DNA of 52,024 bases from a virus (lineage: Duplodnaviria; Caudoviricetes). The stretch is from the IMG/VR virus record IMGVR_UViG_3300017913_001692, positions 1 to 52,024 of that record. One strand, 5' to 3'. Both the position numbers and the translations under genes were made by a program. This document shows, one piece after another, positions 30,455-38,949 of this stretch. How positions within the stretch are numbered: position 1 is the stretch's first letter; every line of letters starts with the position of its first letter. The notes beneath the pieces are model-generated. The model saw only the letters and a list, made by a program, of their open reading frames with translations. It searched no databases and had not been told where the DNA came from.

Positions 30455-30670
30455 GCGCGAAGCGCGGCCTGCGGCCAAAAAGCCGCTTGCGGTAAACGCG
30501 ATTTTTCAAGAGCTACGAAGTAGTTTGCGGTGCGGTTTTCTGCTGACTAGTACCAATGTACTAGACTGTAAGTCTTACTGTGTTTTGAGTGTATCGCCAT
30601 TGTACGCCTCTTGCAGTGCTACGCAATACACCTTAAACAGCATTTTATAAAAAGATGAGTCTTTTGACTC
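30455..30670. repeat. cluster of short inverted repeats and GNA-triloop mini-hairpins
   Basis: GCGC-GAA-GCGC, GGCC-TGC-GGCC, CCGC-TT-GCGG, CTAC-GAA-GTAG, CTAGTAC-CAAT-GTACTAG, AGACT-GTA-AGTCT, GAGTC-TTTT-GACTC. Confidence 0.75.
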
Positions 30671-30718
30671 CAATCGTTCGTTACACTCCGTGTACTCTAG
30701 CAACTGTAGTAGAGGGGT

Positions 30719-30961
30719 TCATATGCACTGTACAGTAAACTCTTTTGCATCTGACAATGCTAATACTGCTAGTGTGCGAGCCTGTTCTGATTCAAACACT
30801 AGTACACTAGCTGATGGCTGTGTTGTGTGTATACCGTATGTAGTTAACAGTTCTAGTGATGTAGCACATGTAACAGTTTCTTTGTAGGTTTGACTGATCC
30901 ATGCAGGAGCATGTTGCTTGCGTTGTGGATATACTAGCTTTAGCTTATATTCCGACAGCAT
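30719..30961 (-). CDS. hypothetical protein
   Basis: Overlaps the stop of the upstream ORF; start MLSEY. Confidence 0.5.
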   Translation of the reverse strand: MLSEYKLKLVYPQRKQHAPAWISQTYKETVTCATSLELLTTYGIHTTQPSASVLVFESEQARTLAVLALSDAKEFTVQCI

Positions 30962-31142
30962 GATTCTGCTCGCTGGTAACATCCTTGCATACTAGTGCCA
31001 TGTAACTATACAGCGGATGAGTAACATCTAACCAAAAGCGTGTACGGTTAACATGATACTCACACGGTATTGAATGACTGCGCAGCAATGTTATTACTGT
31101 GGCGAACTGTGGGTCCTTAGTGTAGATAGCAAGATGTCGCAT
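30945..31142 (-). CDS. hypothetical protein
   Basis: TAAATA motif just upstream of the ATG. Confidence 0.6.
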   Translation of the reverse strand: MRHLAIYTKDPQFATVITLLRSHSIPCEYHVNRTRFWLDVTHPLYSYMALVCKDVTSEQNHAVGI

Positions 31143-31421
31143 ACAGTATTTACACTGTGCGCACACACTGTTGCCCGAAATGGGTCCTACACCCAAAAAA
31201 TCTGTCGCGCGGATTTTTTTAGGGAAGTACTTACAGATTCGTGGTGGTGATTTTGCATCGGTGGATTTTTTTAGGCTTAAGGGCTAATTTTAGTTAATGT
31301 TTACAAACACTTATACGCCCCATGCCCCGAGAAAAATTTTTTTATTTTTATTTCTCTCAAGAGAAAAGGTACAAATTTCTTTGTACCTCTCTCCGTCCTT
31401 TCGGTTGTTGCTAGACTTTTA

Positions 31422-31745
31422 TTAGTCTAGTCTTGAACCTGCGTATGCTGTAATGCCATGTGAGTTAAGCACAGCTGCTGCTGCACGAGCACCAGCTTCT
31501 AGTGTGTCCACATTCTGTGTTCCGTACTTTGAAGGATTCCACAGTTGGAAACCTGTACGCCAATGCTTGCTTACACCTGCTGCTTTCAGCGCACGACCTA
31601 GCTTGGTGTTACCCTTTACTGGGATGTCTACCCAAGCAAAGCCACACGCACCCCAACCACCGTTGGGGAAGTATTCGTTCTCAAAGTCGTCTGCTGCTTT
31701 GTATGCTGCTTCTTGTGCTTCTTGGATGATTGCTGTAATGTTCAT
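31422..31745 (-). CDS. small early protein (CGFAWV motif)
   Basis: Own promoter and GAGGGCAAC leader. Confidence 0.85.
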   Translation of the reverse strand: MNITAIIQEAQEAAYKAADDFENEYFPNGGWGACGFAWVDIPVKGNTKLGRALKAAGVSKHWRTGFQLWNPSKYGTQNVDTLEAGARAAAAVLNSHGITAYAGSRLD

Positions 31746-31811
31746 GTTGCCCTCGTGTTGTTTTGTTTAACTTACTCTTATATACTACTGTCAAAGTGTG
31801 TGTAGGTCAAC

Positions 31812-32141
31812 CTAAAATGGTTGCCTACATTCGATCTTATCAGCAGGCTCAAAGCCCACTGCCGCACACTTGTAGAGTGTGCCGTCTACTAGGAAGTGAT
31901 CGCCCATTGCACTTGAACGGTGACCCCATTCGTTGCCCTGCTCGTCTACGTGAAGAGGTTCAACAACAGTTACACGATCGTTGCCATCTGCTGGCATGTT
32001 CTTTGACCAGCTGTCCATGATGTTCTGTGTCCAACGGTAAGCATATTCACATGCTTCCTCGTATACTGCACACGGTGTGTCCACTGTTGCAATGTGTACT
32101 GGTGTCTCTTCAAACGCTGTGTGGTAAACTTTAACTTGCAT
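31812..32141 (-). CDS. small early protein
   Basis: Own promoter and GAGGGC leader; RSSAMGD motif. Confidence 0.82.
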   Translation of the reverse strand: MQVKVYHTAFEETPVHIATVDTPCAVYEEACEYAYRWTQNIMDSWSKNMPADGNDRVTVVEPLHVDEQGNEWGHRSSAMGDHFLVDGTLYKCAAVGFEPADKIECRQPF

Positions 32142-32212
32142 ATTGCCCTCGCTTTGTTAGTTTATATATAGATAATAACTTCATAATAAGGAGAAGTCAA
32201 CCTTTTTTGGAT

Positions 32213-32333
32213 AAAAAAATGCCCGGGGAGAGCTACATGAGGGCGGTGAGCTCAATCCCCGGGCCAAGTGCAGAAGAGCGTGAGGGCTTACGTCTTCTGC
32301 GAGATCACTGCGAGCGTTGAGGGCGTTAACGCT
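32213..32333 (-). ncRNA. three tandem hairpins with GCCCUC loops ending in an intrinsic terminator (candidate 3'UTR-derived sRNA)
   Basis: Stems AGCGTT/AACGCT, GCAGAAGA/TCTTCTGC, GCCCGGGGA/TCCCCGGGC; U7 tract follows on the - strand. Confidence 0.6.
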
Positions 32334-33327
32334 TCATCACAGTGTTCTCAGCCATAGCTTCCCACTTAGCAGGAAATGCTTTGGCCAAGTCGGCAACCTT
32401 CAGTACTGTTCTTAGCGACAGCTCACGAAGCCTTGCCTTATTAATGTCCACGAAATCGATGATGTCCTGGACAATATCGTCTGAGAACATATACTCTGTG
32501 AGCATGCCGTCTCTGACGATCTGTTTGATACGGAGCATCTTCTCTCGCTCGGTATCAATCGTTAAGTCCACGTAGTGGCATCTACTCTCTAGTGCCATAA
32601 GGTGCTCTCGGATCTTGCCTTTGGCTTTGTCAAATTTAAGGTTAGTGATAAAGATAGCACTGCCCTTAAATTCAAATGAATCCGGTACACCTTCGTTACG
32701 CAACTTGAACGAATCTGTGTTCCAATGTATACGTCTTGTCTTCTTGGAATCTAACGCCGCTTTGAGGATGTTCAAGCTCAGCTCATCGCTGAAGATTGAA
32801 TCACAGTCATCGAACACGATAACGTTATCCTTGTCTGCGTACTTGTATAGCTTGACGTAGAGTCCAATAGCACTCATAGCACCTTTGACTACCTCATACT
32901 TGGCAGGTCTGTCGCCAAGTTGCGCAATCAAGTCATGCTTGCCTAGTACTTTTTCTACACCAAACGATTTACCAACACCTGGAGGTCCTGATACGATCAT
33001 AGCTCGCACATCACCTTTCTTGGTAGCGCGAGTCATGTCCTCCAACATGTCAAATCTCTCACGTAGCCTTTCGATAACTTCTTCGTCCGACTCTTCACGC
33101 ACATGTACTTCTGAACCTGTGGTCTTGTACGCATTCTCGCTTGAGACTGAAATCTTAATATTACGATCTGGGAAGCCTGCTACACTCTTGCCATCTACTG
33201 TTACGTAGCCGCCCTTGGCTCCTACTTTAAAATGTTCTACTAGAGGGAACACCATACCTGCGAGGTCTACGTCTTTGCCTCTGATCTTGTATGTGCCTTC
33301 TAGTATTTCGATATTGCCCTGTTTCAT
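32326..33327 (-). CDS. AAA+/P-loop ATPase
   Basis: GPPGVGKS Walker A, IVFDDCD Walker B, FITN sensor, ALESR Arg finger; start MKQGN after AAGGGCAAC. Confidence 0.88.
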   Translation of the reverse strand: MKQGNIEILEGTYKIRGKDVDLAGMVFPLVEHFKVGAKGGYVTVDGKSVAGFPDRNIKISVSSENAYKTTGSEVHVREESDEEVIERLRERFDMLEDMTRATKKGDVRAMIVSGPPGVGKSFGVEKVLGKHDLIAQLGDRPAKYEVVKGAMSAIGLYVKLYKYADKDNVIVFDDCDSIFSDELSLNILKAALDSKKTRRIHWNTDSFKLRNEGVPDSFEFKGSAIFITNLKFDKAKGKIREHLMALESRCHYVDLTIDTEREKMLRIKQIVRDGMLTEYMFSDDIVQDIIDFVDINKARLRELSLRTVLKVADLAKAFPAKWEAMAENTVMKR

Positions 33328-33409
33328 AAAGTTGCCCTTCTGTTTTGTTAACTTACTCTTATACATTACTATCTTATGCCCTCAATGTCAACCTCTTTGT
33401 TACCAAAAT

Positions 33410-33467
33410 GTTACGGGGGAATCCTATTCCTGGATGAGGGCGTCCTTGGAGGACTCTACCCCGTAAC
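33410..33467 (-). ncRNA. hairpin with a CGCCCUCA loop directly 3' of tRNA-Leu
   Basis: GTTACGGGG/CCCCGTAAC outer stem with a GGA/TCC inner stem. Confidence 0.55.
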
Positions 33468-33468
33468 T

Positions 33469-33554
33469 TGGTACTCGCGGCCGGACTCGAACCGGCACGG
33501 CCTAAGGCCTACGGATTTTAAGTCCGTTATGTCTACCTATTCCATCACGCGAGC
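33469..33554 (-). tRNA. tRNA-Leu(TAA)
   Basis: GCTCGCGTGATGGAATAGGTAGACA..ACGGA-CTTAAAA-TCCGT, long variable arm, GTTCGAGTC, encoded CCA. Confidence 0.95.
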
Positions 33555-33557
33555 GAT

Positions 33558-33634
<77 letters not shown>

Positions 33635-33635
33635 T

Positions 33636-33712
33636 TGGTAGGCCGTACAGGACTCGAACCTGTAACCGACGGATTATGAGTCCGGCGCTCTAACCAATTG
33701 AGCTAACGGCCC
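33636..33712 (-). tRNA. tRNA with CAT anticodon (probably Ile2/lysidine type, or elongator Met)
   Basis: GGGCCGTTAGCTCAATTGGTTAGAGC, CTCATAA loop, GTTCGAGTC, CCA; lacks the initiator GGG/CCC anticodon stem. Confidence 0.9.
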
Positions 33713-33722
33713 TGAGTGCTGA

Positions 33723-34019
33723 CTATGCCTCCTCCAACATCTTATTTTCTATTTCGGATTTGATCTCACGGCAGTTTCTAACTACGAACTCGTAGATGGC
33801 TCCCTGCTGGTCCTCTGATTGGAACTTCTCGTGATTCATTAAGATCTGGCAGACCTCTGCCTTTGTAAACTCTCCGCCAAGCTCGATCAGCTCAACGTTC
33901 TCGTGACCGTTCTTGAAAAGGATCTTCAATCGGCTTACGAAGTCGTTAGCGAATCGCACCTTTGTGATGCCATTCAATGTTGATGTGCCTGCTACGGAAT
34001 ATGTTTTAGTTGTTGCCAT
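33723..34019 (-). CDS. small early protein, upstream of and probably co-transcribed with the tRNAs
   Basis: Own promoter and GGAGGGCAAC leader. Confidence 0.82.
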   Translation of the reverse strand: MATTKTYSVAGTSTLNGITKVRFANDFVSRLKILFKNGHENVELIELGGEFTKAEVCQILMNHEKFQSEDQQGAIYEFVVRNCREIKSEIENKMLEEA

Positions 34020-34091
34020 GTTGCCCTCCAGCGTTTAGCGTTTATTGTCTTTACAGTATATGACCAATTGAATCAAAGGTCAACCTCTTTT

Positions 34092-34271
34092 TTACCAATT
34101 TTCTCTAATTAGTAATACAGCCCCAATCGCGAACACGCTAAGACCGCCACCTGCGATCAGAAGCATTGTTCCTAGATCGTTACCTGGACCACAAGCACCA
34201 TCACAGTCGCCGCCAGCGCCTGCCATTGCTATGATCCCTACCATTACTAAAATTGAACCTAATATTTGCAT
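34092..34271 (-). CDS. small two-TM membrane protein (59 aa, GDCDGAC loop)
   Basis: Hand-translated; own promoter and GGAGGGC leader. Confidence 0.7.
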   Translation of the reverse strand: MQILGSILVMVGIIAMAGAGGDCDGACGPGNDLGTMLLIAGGGLSVFAIGAVLLIRENW

Positions 34272-34352
34272 TTGTTTGCCCTCCTAATTATGTTTATACT
34301 ATAGCACCAGCTACTGTATAAGTCAACCCCTAATTTACCGCAAGATCATTGA

Positions 34353-34541
34353 CTAATTTAAGTCTGCTTGCCAATAAGTTCCGTCGAATTCAGCTCGCAA
34401 AGCCCCTAGAGGGAAGTCTGTGTGTTCGAACAGGATATATGGCGCCGAAGTCCACTGGCAGATCTCCTGCGTGTGGATGTTAACCTCGCTCAGTGGAATG
34501 AACCGTTCGCCTTCTTGCCCTGTGGTAAAGATTCTAATCAT
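34353..34541 (-). CDS. small early protein
   Basis: Own promoter and GAGGGC leader. Confidence 0.72.
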   Translation of the reverse strand: MIRIFTTGQEGERFIPLSEVNIHTQEICQWTSAPYILFEHTDFPLGALRAEFDGTYWQADLN

Positions 34542-34770
34542 TGTGCGGCCCTCTTCATAAAATTAAATTCTAATTGCAGCTTAGACTCTTTTACAACCTG
34601 TGTCAACCCCTTTTTAGAATAAAGTTTAGGTGGATTGAACATCCGGCGATTGTTGAGACGACTAATTTTTATTTTGCTACGAATGATTTGCATTTTGCCC
34701 TCTTTTGCAATTTATATGTACACTGTAGCACAGGTGCGCTACAGTGTCAACCTTTTTTTTAAGTTTTGCA

Positions 34771-34962
34771 TTATGTTTGCCACCCTACTACGTTTCCGTT
34801 TTGCACACTAACAGTACATTTTTGTGTAGTGCCTTTGTAGTGCAAGTTTGCATAGTAATAGCAAACGTCTCCGTCTGCGTCCTTAACTTTATTGTAAAAG
34901 TTAAAGTTTGTAAAAACGGCATTGCCGTCACGCAGTAGTTTTTTGTTGCAAAGTGTAAGCAT
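34771..34962 (-). CDS. small early protein inside the GA-free island
   Basis: TTGCAC/TATAGT promoter and GGAGGGC leader. Confidence 0.7.
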   Translation of the reverse strand: MLTLCNKKLLRDGNAVFTNFNFYNKVKDADGDVCYYYANLHYKGTTQKCTVSVQNGNVVGWQT

Positions 34963-35040
34963 ATAAGCCCTCCATATGCTTGTTTAGTTTATAGTTACAC
35001 TATAGCACACAATGCGCTATAGTGCAACCATTTTTTTTTG

Positions 35041-35400
35041 CTATGCAACACGCTTTTTTTGCTGTGCGTTTACAATGCGTTTGCGCTGTAGTGCAACATA
35101 ACGCTCCCACTGTGCTGTTGTTATGTTTAGTATGTAACATGCATTTTCATGCAAGCACTCACATACATACGTATCCATGTGTGTGCTTTCAAGCAAATAC
35201 TGTACAAATGCAAACTTGCTTTTGCGTTTTGTATTATAACGCAATAGTGCAGCTATGCAATCTGCATTATCACGCATAAGTGCTTGTGTTTGTTGCATAA
35301 ATTCCGGCTGCATTAGCTGTTGCAAGTTGTTGTTGCTGTTAAGCGTGTATTGTGTTACAAGTGCGTTAATTGCTTGCTGTACAGTTACATTGTTTTGCAT
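35041..35400 (-). CDS. early protein inside the GA-free island (Q/N/A-rich)
   Basis: TTGCTT/TATAAC promoter; 119 aa ORF. Confidence 0.7.
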   Translation of the reverse strand: MQNNVTVQQAINALVTQYTLNSNNNLQQLMQPEFMQQTQALMRDNADCIAALLRYNTKRKSKFAFVQYLLESTHMDTYVCECLHENACYILNITTAQWERYVALQRKRIVNAQQKKRVA

Positions 35401-35575
35401 GTTTTGCTTCCGCTGTGTTGTTTTAACGTTGTTTTAGTTATAGCAAACAAACGCACACAAAGCAAGTAAAAAATGGCAGCAAATATCTAACAAAAACAAA
35501 CACTTATAAAATAATTTTTTTTTATTTTTTTTGCTAACCTCTTGAAAACATTGGATTCTTTTTTCGCCTCAGAGG

Positions 35576-35604
35576 TTGACATTTAGACAGTTCTCAGTTA
35601 TAGT
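35576..35604 (+). promoter_or_regulatory. early-type promoter on the + strand with no downstream ORF
   Basis: TTGACA-17-TATAGT followed by ATAAGAACAATAAGGGCA, the same leader start as several - strand cassettes. Confidence 0.8.
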
Positions 35605-35741
35605 ATAAGAACAATAAGGGCAACGAAGGAGGGAAAACACTACATAAGGCGAGATGCCAAAAAGCCGGGAACGTAATCCAAAAGGTTGATACCGGAGTTC
35701 AATACACTCCCGATGCCTGCAATTCCGTTGAGGGAATAGTC

Positions 35742-35778
35742 AAAAAAAGAGGGAGGCCTTTCTACGAGGGCGCCTCCC
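35742..35778 (-). terminator. intrinsic terminator hairpin with GCCCUC in the loop
   Basis: GGGAGGC/GCCTCCC stem followed by a U7 tract on the - strand. Confidence 0.7.
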
Positions 35779-35857
35779 AAGTCTCCCGCCTGAACTCGTA
35801 TGTAGGGGTCAGGCCTAACCACGTTTTTACTCGTTCCCTTTTGTGGGAGGTCAGTGC

Positions 35858-36112
35858 CTATTCATAGCACTCACCAAAGTCCTCCCACTCTTGTTCCCAA
35901 GAAGGTTGACCGTCGTCTTCGTCCTCCTCCTCGTCAAAATCCTCGTCCATGAACCGCGAACTCAATTCGTTCGCATCCAGCATGTCGGCCACGTCATCGG
36001 TCGACATATACTTCAGAGCCATCGTGGCCAATTGCTCCCACGATACTGTGCCATTCTCGGCCAACTCATATGCCTCATCCCGGCTGTTCGGTGTGTGTCT
36101 GTAAATGCTCAT
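35858..36112 (-). CDS. small acidic early protein
   Basis: Own promoter and GAGGGC leader; acidic DGQP..EQEW.DF tail. Confidence 0.82.
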   Translation of the reverse strand: MSIYRHTPNSRDEAYELAENGTVSWEQLATMALKYMSTDDVADMLDANELSSRFMDEDFDEEEDEDDGQPSWEQEWEDFGECYE

Positions 36113-36181
36113 CTTGCCCTCTTTCTGTTGTCTAACTATACCTTACTATAGCACCTCTCCTGGTGCAGGTCAACCCCTAGT

Positions 36182-36502
36182 TTACCGTTTTCGATAGGTT
36201 CGCGGATCAACGTGCTTGGCCGACTCCATCTGATACTCACGATAGTCCTCTGAGTCGTCAGCCATCTCGGCCAACCATTCATCGTAGGTTGTGTAGTGGC
36301 AGGGGAACTCCTTCCAGCCAATACCATTGTCGAGTGCGATCGCACCCACGAACGCAACCGCGTCCTGGATACGGTCCAAGCCGTCCACGACATATGTGTC
36401 GCCTCCCTTGAACTTCCAATAAGCGGCCCCATCGGAGAACTTACCGCTCTCGCTATGTGCGCCATAATTTTCAAGAACCTGTGTGTGAACTACGAATTGC
36501 AT
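36182..36502 (-). CDS. small early protein (TQ..ENYGAH / WKFKGG motifs)
   Basis: Own promoter and GAGGGC leader. Confidence 0.85.
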   Translation of the reverse strand: MQFVVHTQVLENYGAHSESGKFSDGAAYWKFKGGDTYVVDGLDRIQDAVAFVGAIALDNGIGWKEFPCHYTTYDEWLAEMADDSEDYREYQMESAKHVDPRTYRKR

Positions 36503-36564
36503 AATTTTGCCCTCTCTAATGCGTTATTGTCTCTACAGTATAAGACCTCTCTAGAGTAAAGTCA

Positions 36565-37264
36565 ACAGAAAAATGCACGAGATCTCGAAAGAACTTACCA
36601 AAAAATGCCAGAACAAAAAGAACCCTTATATATCAATGACTTAGCCACCAAACGAACAAAAGACCCCTGATCTGCTGCAGCGTGAGAGTGACTCTGAAGA
36701 TACACCAAGGAAAAAATCCAATGATTTCAAAGAGTTAGCCTAGCAGCTATGTGTTGAAACCCCTCTTGAACCTCTAGTGAGTCTATTGAGTGTAGTGAGT
36801 GCAGAGTCCCAAGAGTGGATGCAGAGTGTTGACTGTGACTGTGTAGTGTTGAACCATAATGAGGCCCCTGCTGGCCAGATTTTTCTCAATGATTTCAAAC
36901 ACTTACAGAGGCCCCTGCGGGGCCGAATTTTGGGCGAACTCTCTCTTGACACGGTGCTAAACCACCATTTAAACGTGGTTTAAGGGCCCTATATGGGGTG
37001 TTAAATGGTGGTGTGGTGTGAATAAACCATAGATTTCTACACTCGATCTACGGTCTCTATAGCATAAAAATTTTTTCTTGACCGTGGTGACGAGAGGTAT
37101 AGTTCAAATACTCTGCACACTCTCTCGCCACAGTTCTCGCCACACTCGTCCGACTCTATCTACGGAAGTCTTTGGACCGTTAGTTTGAGCTCTAAACGAG
37201 TTAGGTCACATAGCAGCGGGGCCTACGGTGGACCACCCGACTAGCAGCGGGGCCTTACGCTATT
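36565..37264. other. structured non-coding block (IHF-like boxes, inverted and direct repeats)
   Basis: TATCAATGACTTA at 36631; near matches at 36725 and 36893; ACCACCATTTAA/TTAAATGGTGGT IR; TCTCGCCACA x2; TAGCAGCGGGGCCT x2. Confidence 0.7.
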
Positions 37265-37444
37265 CTAGTCTACACAAGGATTCATGCTCAACAGTCGCTC
37301 GCGTTTAAGCATATCTAACACAATACCTAACTCACTAGTCGCTTTTGAGATGATCATAGTGTTTTCTTCACTAGCATTCTTGCTCAGCTCTTCGTTCAGT
37401 TGATCTATGCGGATTTCAATGTATTTTATCGTCTTTGTCGTCAT
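37265..37444 (-). CDS. hypothetical protein (59 aa)
   Basis: Hand-translated ORF overlapping the end of the upstream gene. Confidence 0.5.
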   Translation of the reverse strand: MTTKTIKYIEIRIDQLNEELSKNASEENTMIISKATSELGIVLDMLKRERLLSMNPCVD

Positions 37445-37709
37445 TAGATATAACCCTTAATTTTGGCTTACGGACCGCAGGCTCTTCGAGCTCTTCGTCT
37501 TTTACTGTGACCGTGATGGTTCCGTCTTCATGCTCTTTGATATACATTTCGTGGGTTTCGATCGCAAATAGGTCAGCCATATCAAGCAGTAGGTTCTGGA
37601 GTTCTTGCTCTACGTCTTGATCATACTGTAGGTCAACAACCCTTTGCGCCATTGCTAGGACTGATTCAACAAGTTCGCGATCCGCATCATCTAGTTCGTA
37701 TTTGGCCAT
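37416..37709 (-). CDS. hypothetical acidic protein
   Basis: TGATG coupling with the upstream ORF. Confidence 0.75.
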   Translation of the reverse strand: MAKYELDDADRELVESVLAMAQRVVDLQYDQDVEQELQNLLLDMADLFAIETHEMYIKEHEDGTITVTVKDEELEEPAVRKPKLRVISNDDKDDKIH

Positions 37710-37918
37710 CAGTCACGTTCCGGAAGAAAGTCTACAAGCACCTGGGTGGGAACCTGTTTGAGCAGTTCTTCAATCGCAGTGACATCACCTTTGGCCACAT
37801 CTTCTTGTATCTGATCCAACACACGATCTATGAGTGAATCGTGCTTCTGAGTGGCCACTACGCCGTTTCCGACGTAGATGCCTGTGTTCCAATCTGGAGT
37901 CACTTGGGGAGTTTTCAT
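37709..37918 (-). CDS. hypothetical protein
   Basis: ATGA coupling; GDVTAIEELL. Confidence 0.75.
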   Translation of the reverse strand: MKTPQVTPDWNTGIYVGNGVVATQKHDSLIDRVLDQIQEDVAKGDVTAIEELLKQVPTQVLVDFLPERD

Positions 37919-38490
37919 TGTTCTGTTACCTCTTCTTCATCATCTAATAGGTATTCTCTTGCTTCAACTAGATCCAACTCTGCATCTAGTTTCTGGAATA
38001 ACTCTGGGGTATCTTCTAAGGCGCAAGTGCCTTTGAGCACCGCAAGACTCCATTCGTTTACGCCGTCCATGCAGTCGTCTCCGCCGTTAACATATATCCC
38101 TGCGAAATCCATACCGCCTTCTTCGTATGTGGCAGTGAGATCACAGTTATCGTTGGCATCCAACCATGTGTTGTAAGCATCAATAGGTGGAGACCATGCA
38201 CTATCAAACCAACCTACGATAGCGGCTGTGCCGTCACCATTGTCCTGGAATTCTAGTCCTTCATCTGAGATGTCCCACTTGGTACCCCAATTGTTCACAC
38301 GCCACTGATACCAGTCCATGCTTCCGTCCGGGCTTGGGCTGGTGGTGCCTTCAAGCTCTTGTGGCATAGGAACCATTGCGTTCAGCAGTCCGAACTCACC
38401 GTCTTGTGAGGTCTTTGCTTCTTCCCAAAGAGTTTTGATTGTCTCTGTAGGACCTTGGATAGTTATCGAATTATTGCACCAATTTGGCAT
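37915..38490 (-). CDS. DUF1281/YubB-like protein
   Basis: MPNWCNN, WYQWRVNNWGTKWD, FDSAWSPP, YEEGGMDFAG. Confidence 0.78.
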   Translation of the reverse strand: MPNWCNNSITIQGPTETIKTLWEEAKTSQDGEFGLLNAMVPMPQELEGTTSPSPDGSMDWYQWRVNNWGTKWDISDEGLEFQDNGDGTAAIVGWFDSAWSPPIDAYNTWLDANDNCDLTATYEEGGMDFAGIYVNGGDDCMDGVNEWSLAVLKGTCALEDTPELFQKLDAELDLVEAREYLLDDEEEVTEQ

Positions 38491-38584
38491 ATTGCCCTCC
38501 TTCTGTTAGTGTCTGTGCCCTTATTGTTCTTATACTATAACATCACCAGGGGCATATTGCAACCCCTGATGATGCCAATAACGA

Positions 38585-38863
38585 TTACTTCACATTCAAA
38601 CTGACACCAGCCATTTTGAACGCTTCGACCATCTTGGCCTTCTTTGCAAGGCCTTCCGTCTTCGGTAAGTCAAGCTCTACATCACTCACACGAATGTCTT
38701 TGATGTCTGCACGATAAAGAGCATCATAGATAGGTGCTCTGTGTCCTGCCTTGTAGCCGGTGATTCCGTCTACATGAACTTGATTAGCATCTCTGTGATC
38801 ACCTCTAAGTGATACAAAGAATTTTCCGTTGATTTCGATAGTTTGAAGATTATATTGTCCCAT
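38585..38863 (-). CDS. small early protein
   Basis: Own promoter; AGGAGG RBS before MGQYN. Confidence 0.72.
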   Translation of the reverse strand: MGQYNLQTIEINGKFFVSLRGDHRDANQVHVDGITGYKAGHRAPIYDALYRADIKDIRVSDVELDLPKTEGLAKKAKMVEAFKMAGVSLNVK

Positions 38864-38949
38864 TGTGGACCTCCTGTCTGTTTCTTCGTTATTCAATAAA
38901 GCCCTTGTGCCTTATTGTTCTTACAGTATACGATCTATCTAGACAAAAG

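Noticed and set aside
35640-35822. 60 aa - strand ORF
   Set aside because: Runs through a terminator hairpin and has no cassette promoter or RBS
36740-36983. ORFs on both strands in the non-coding block
   Set aside because: Overlap repeats and IHF-like boxes, with no RBS and atypical composition
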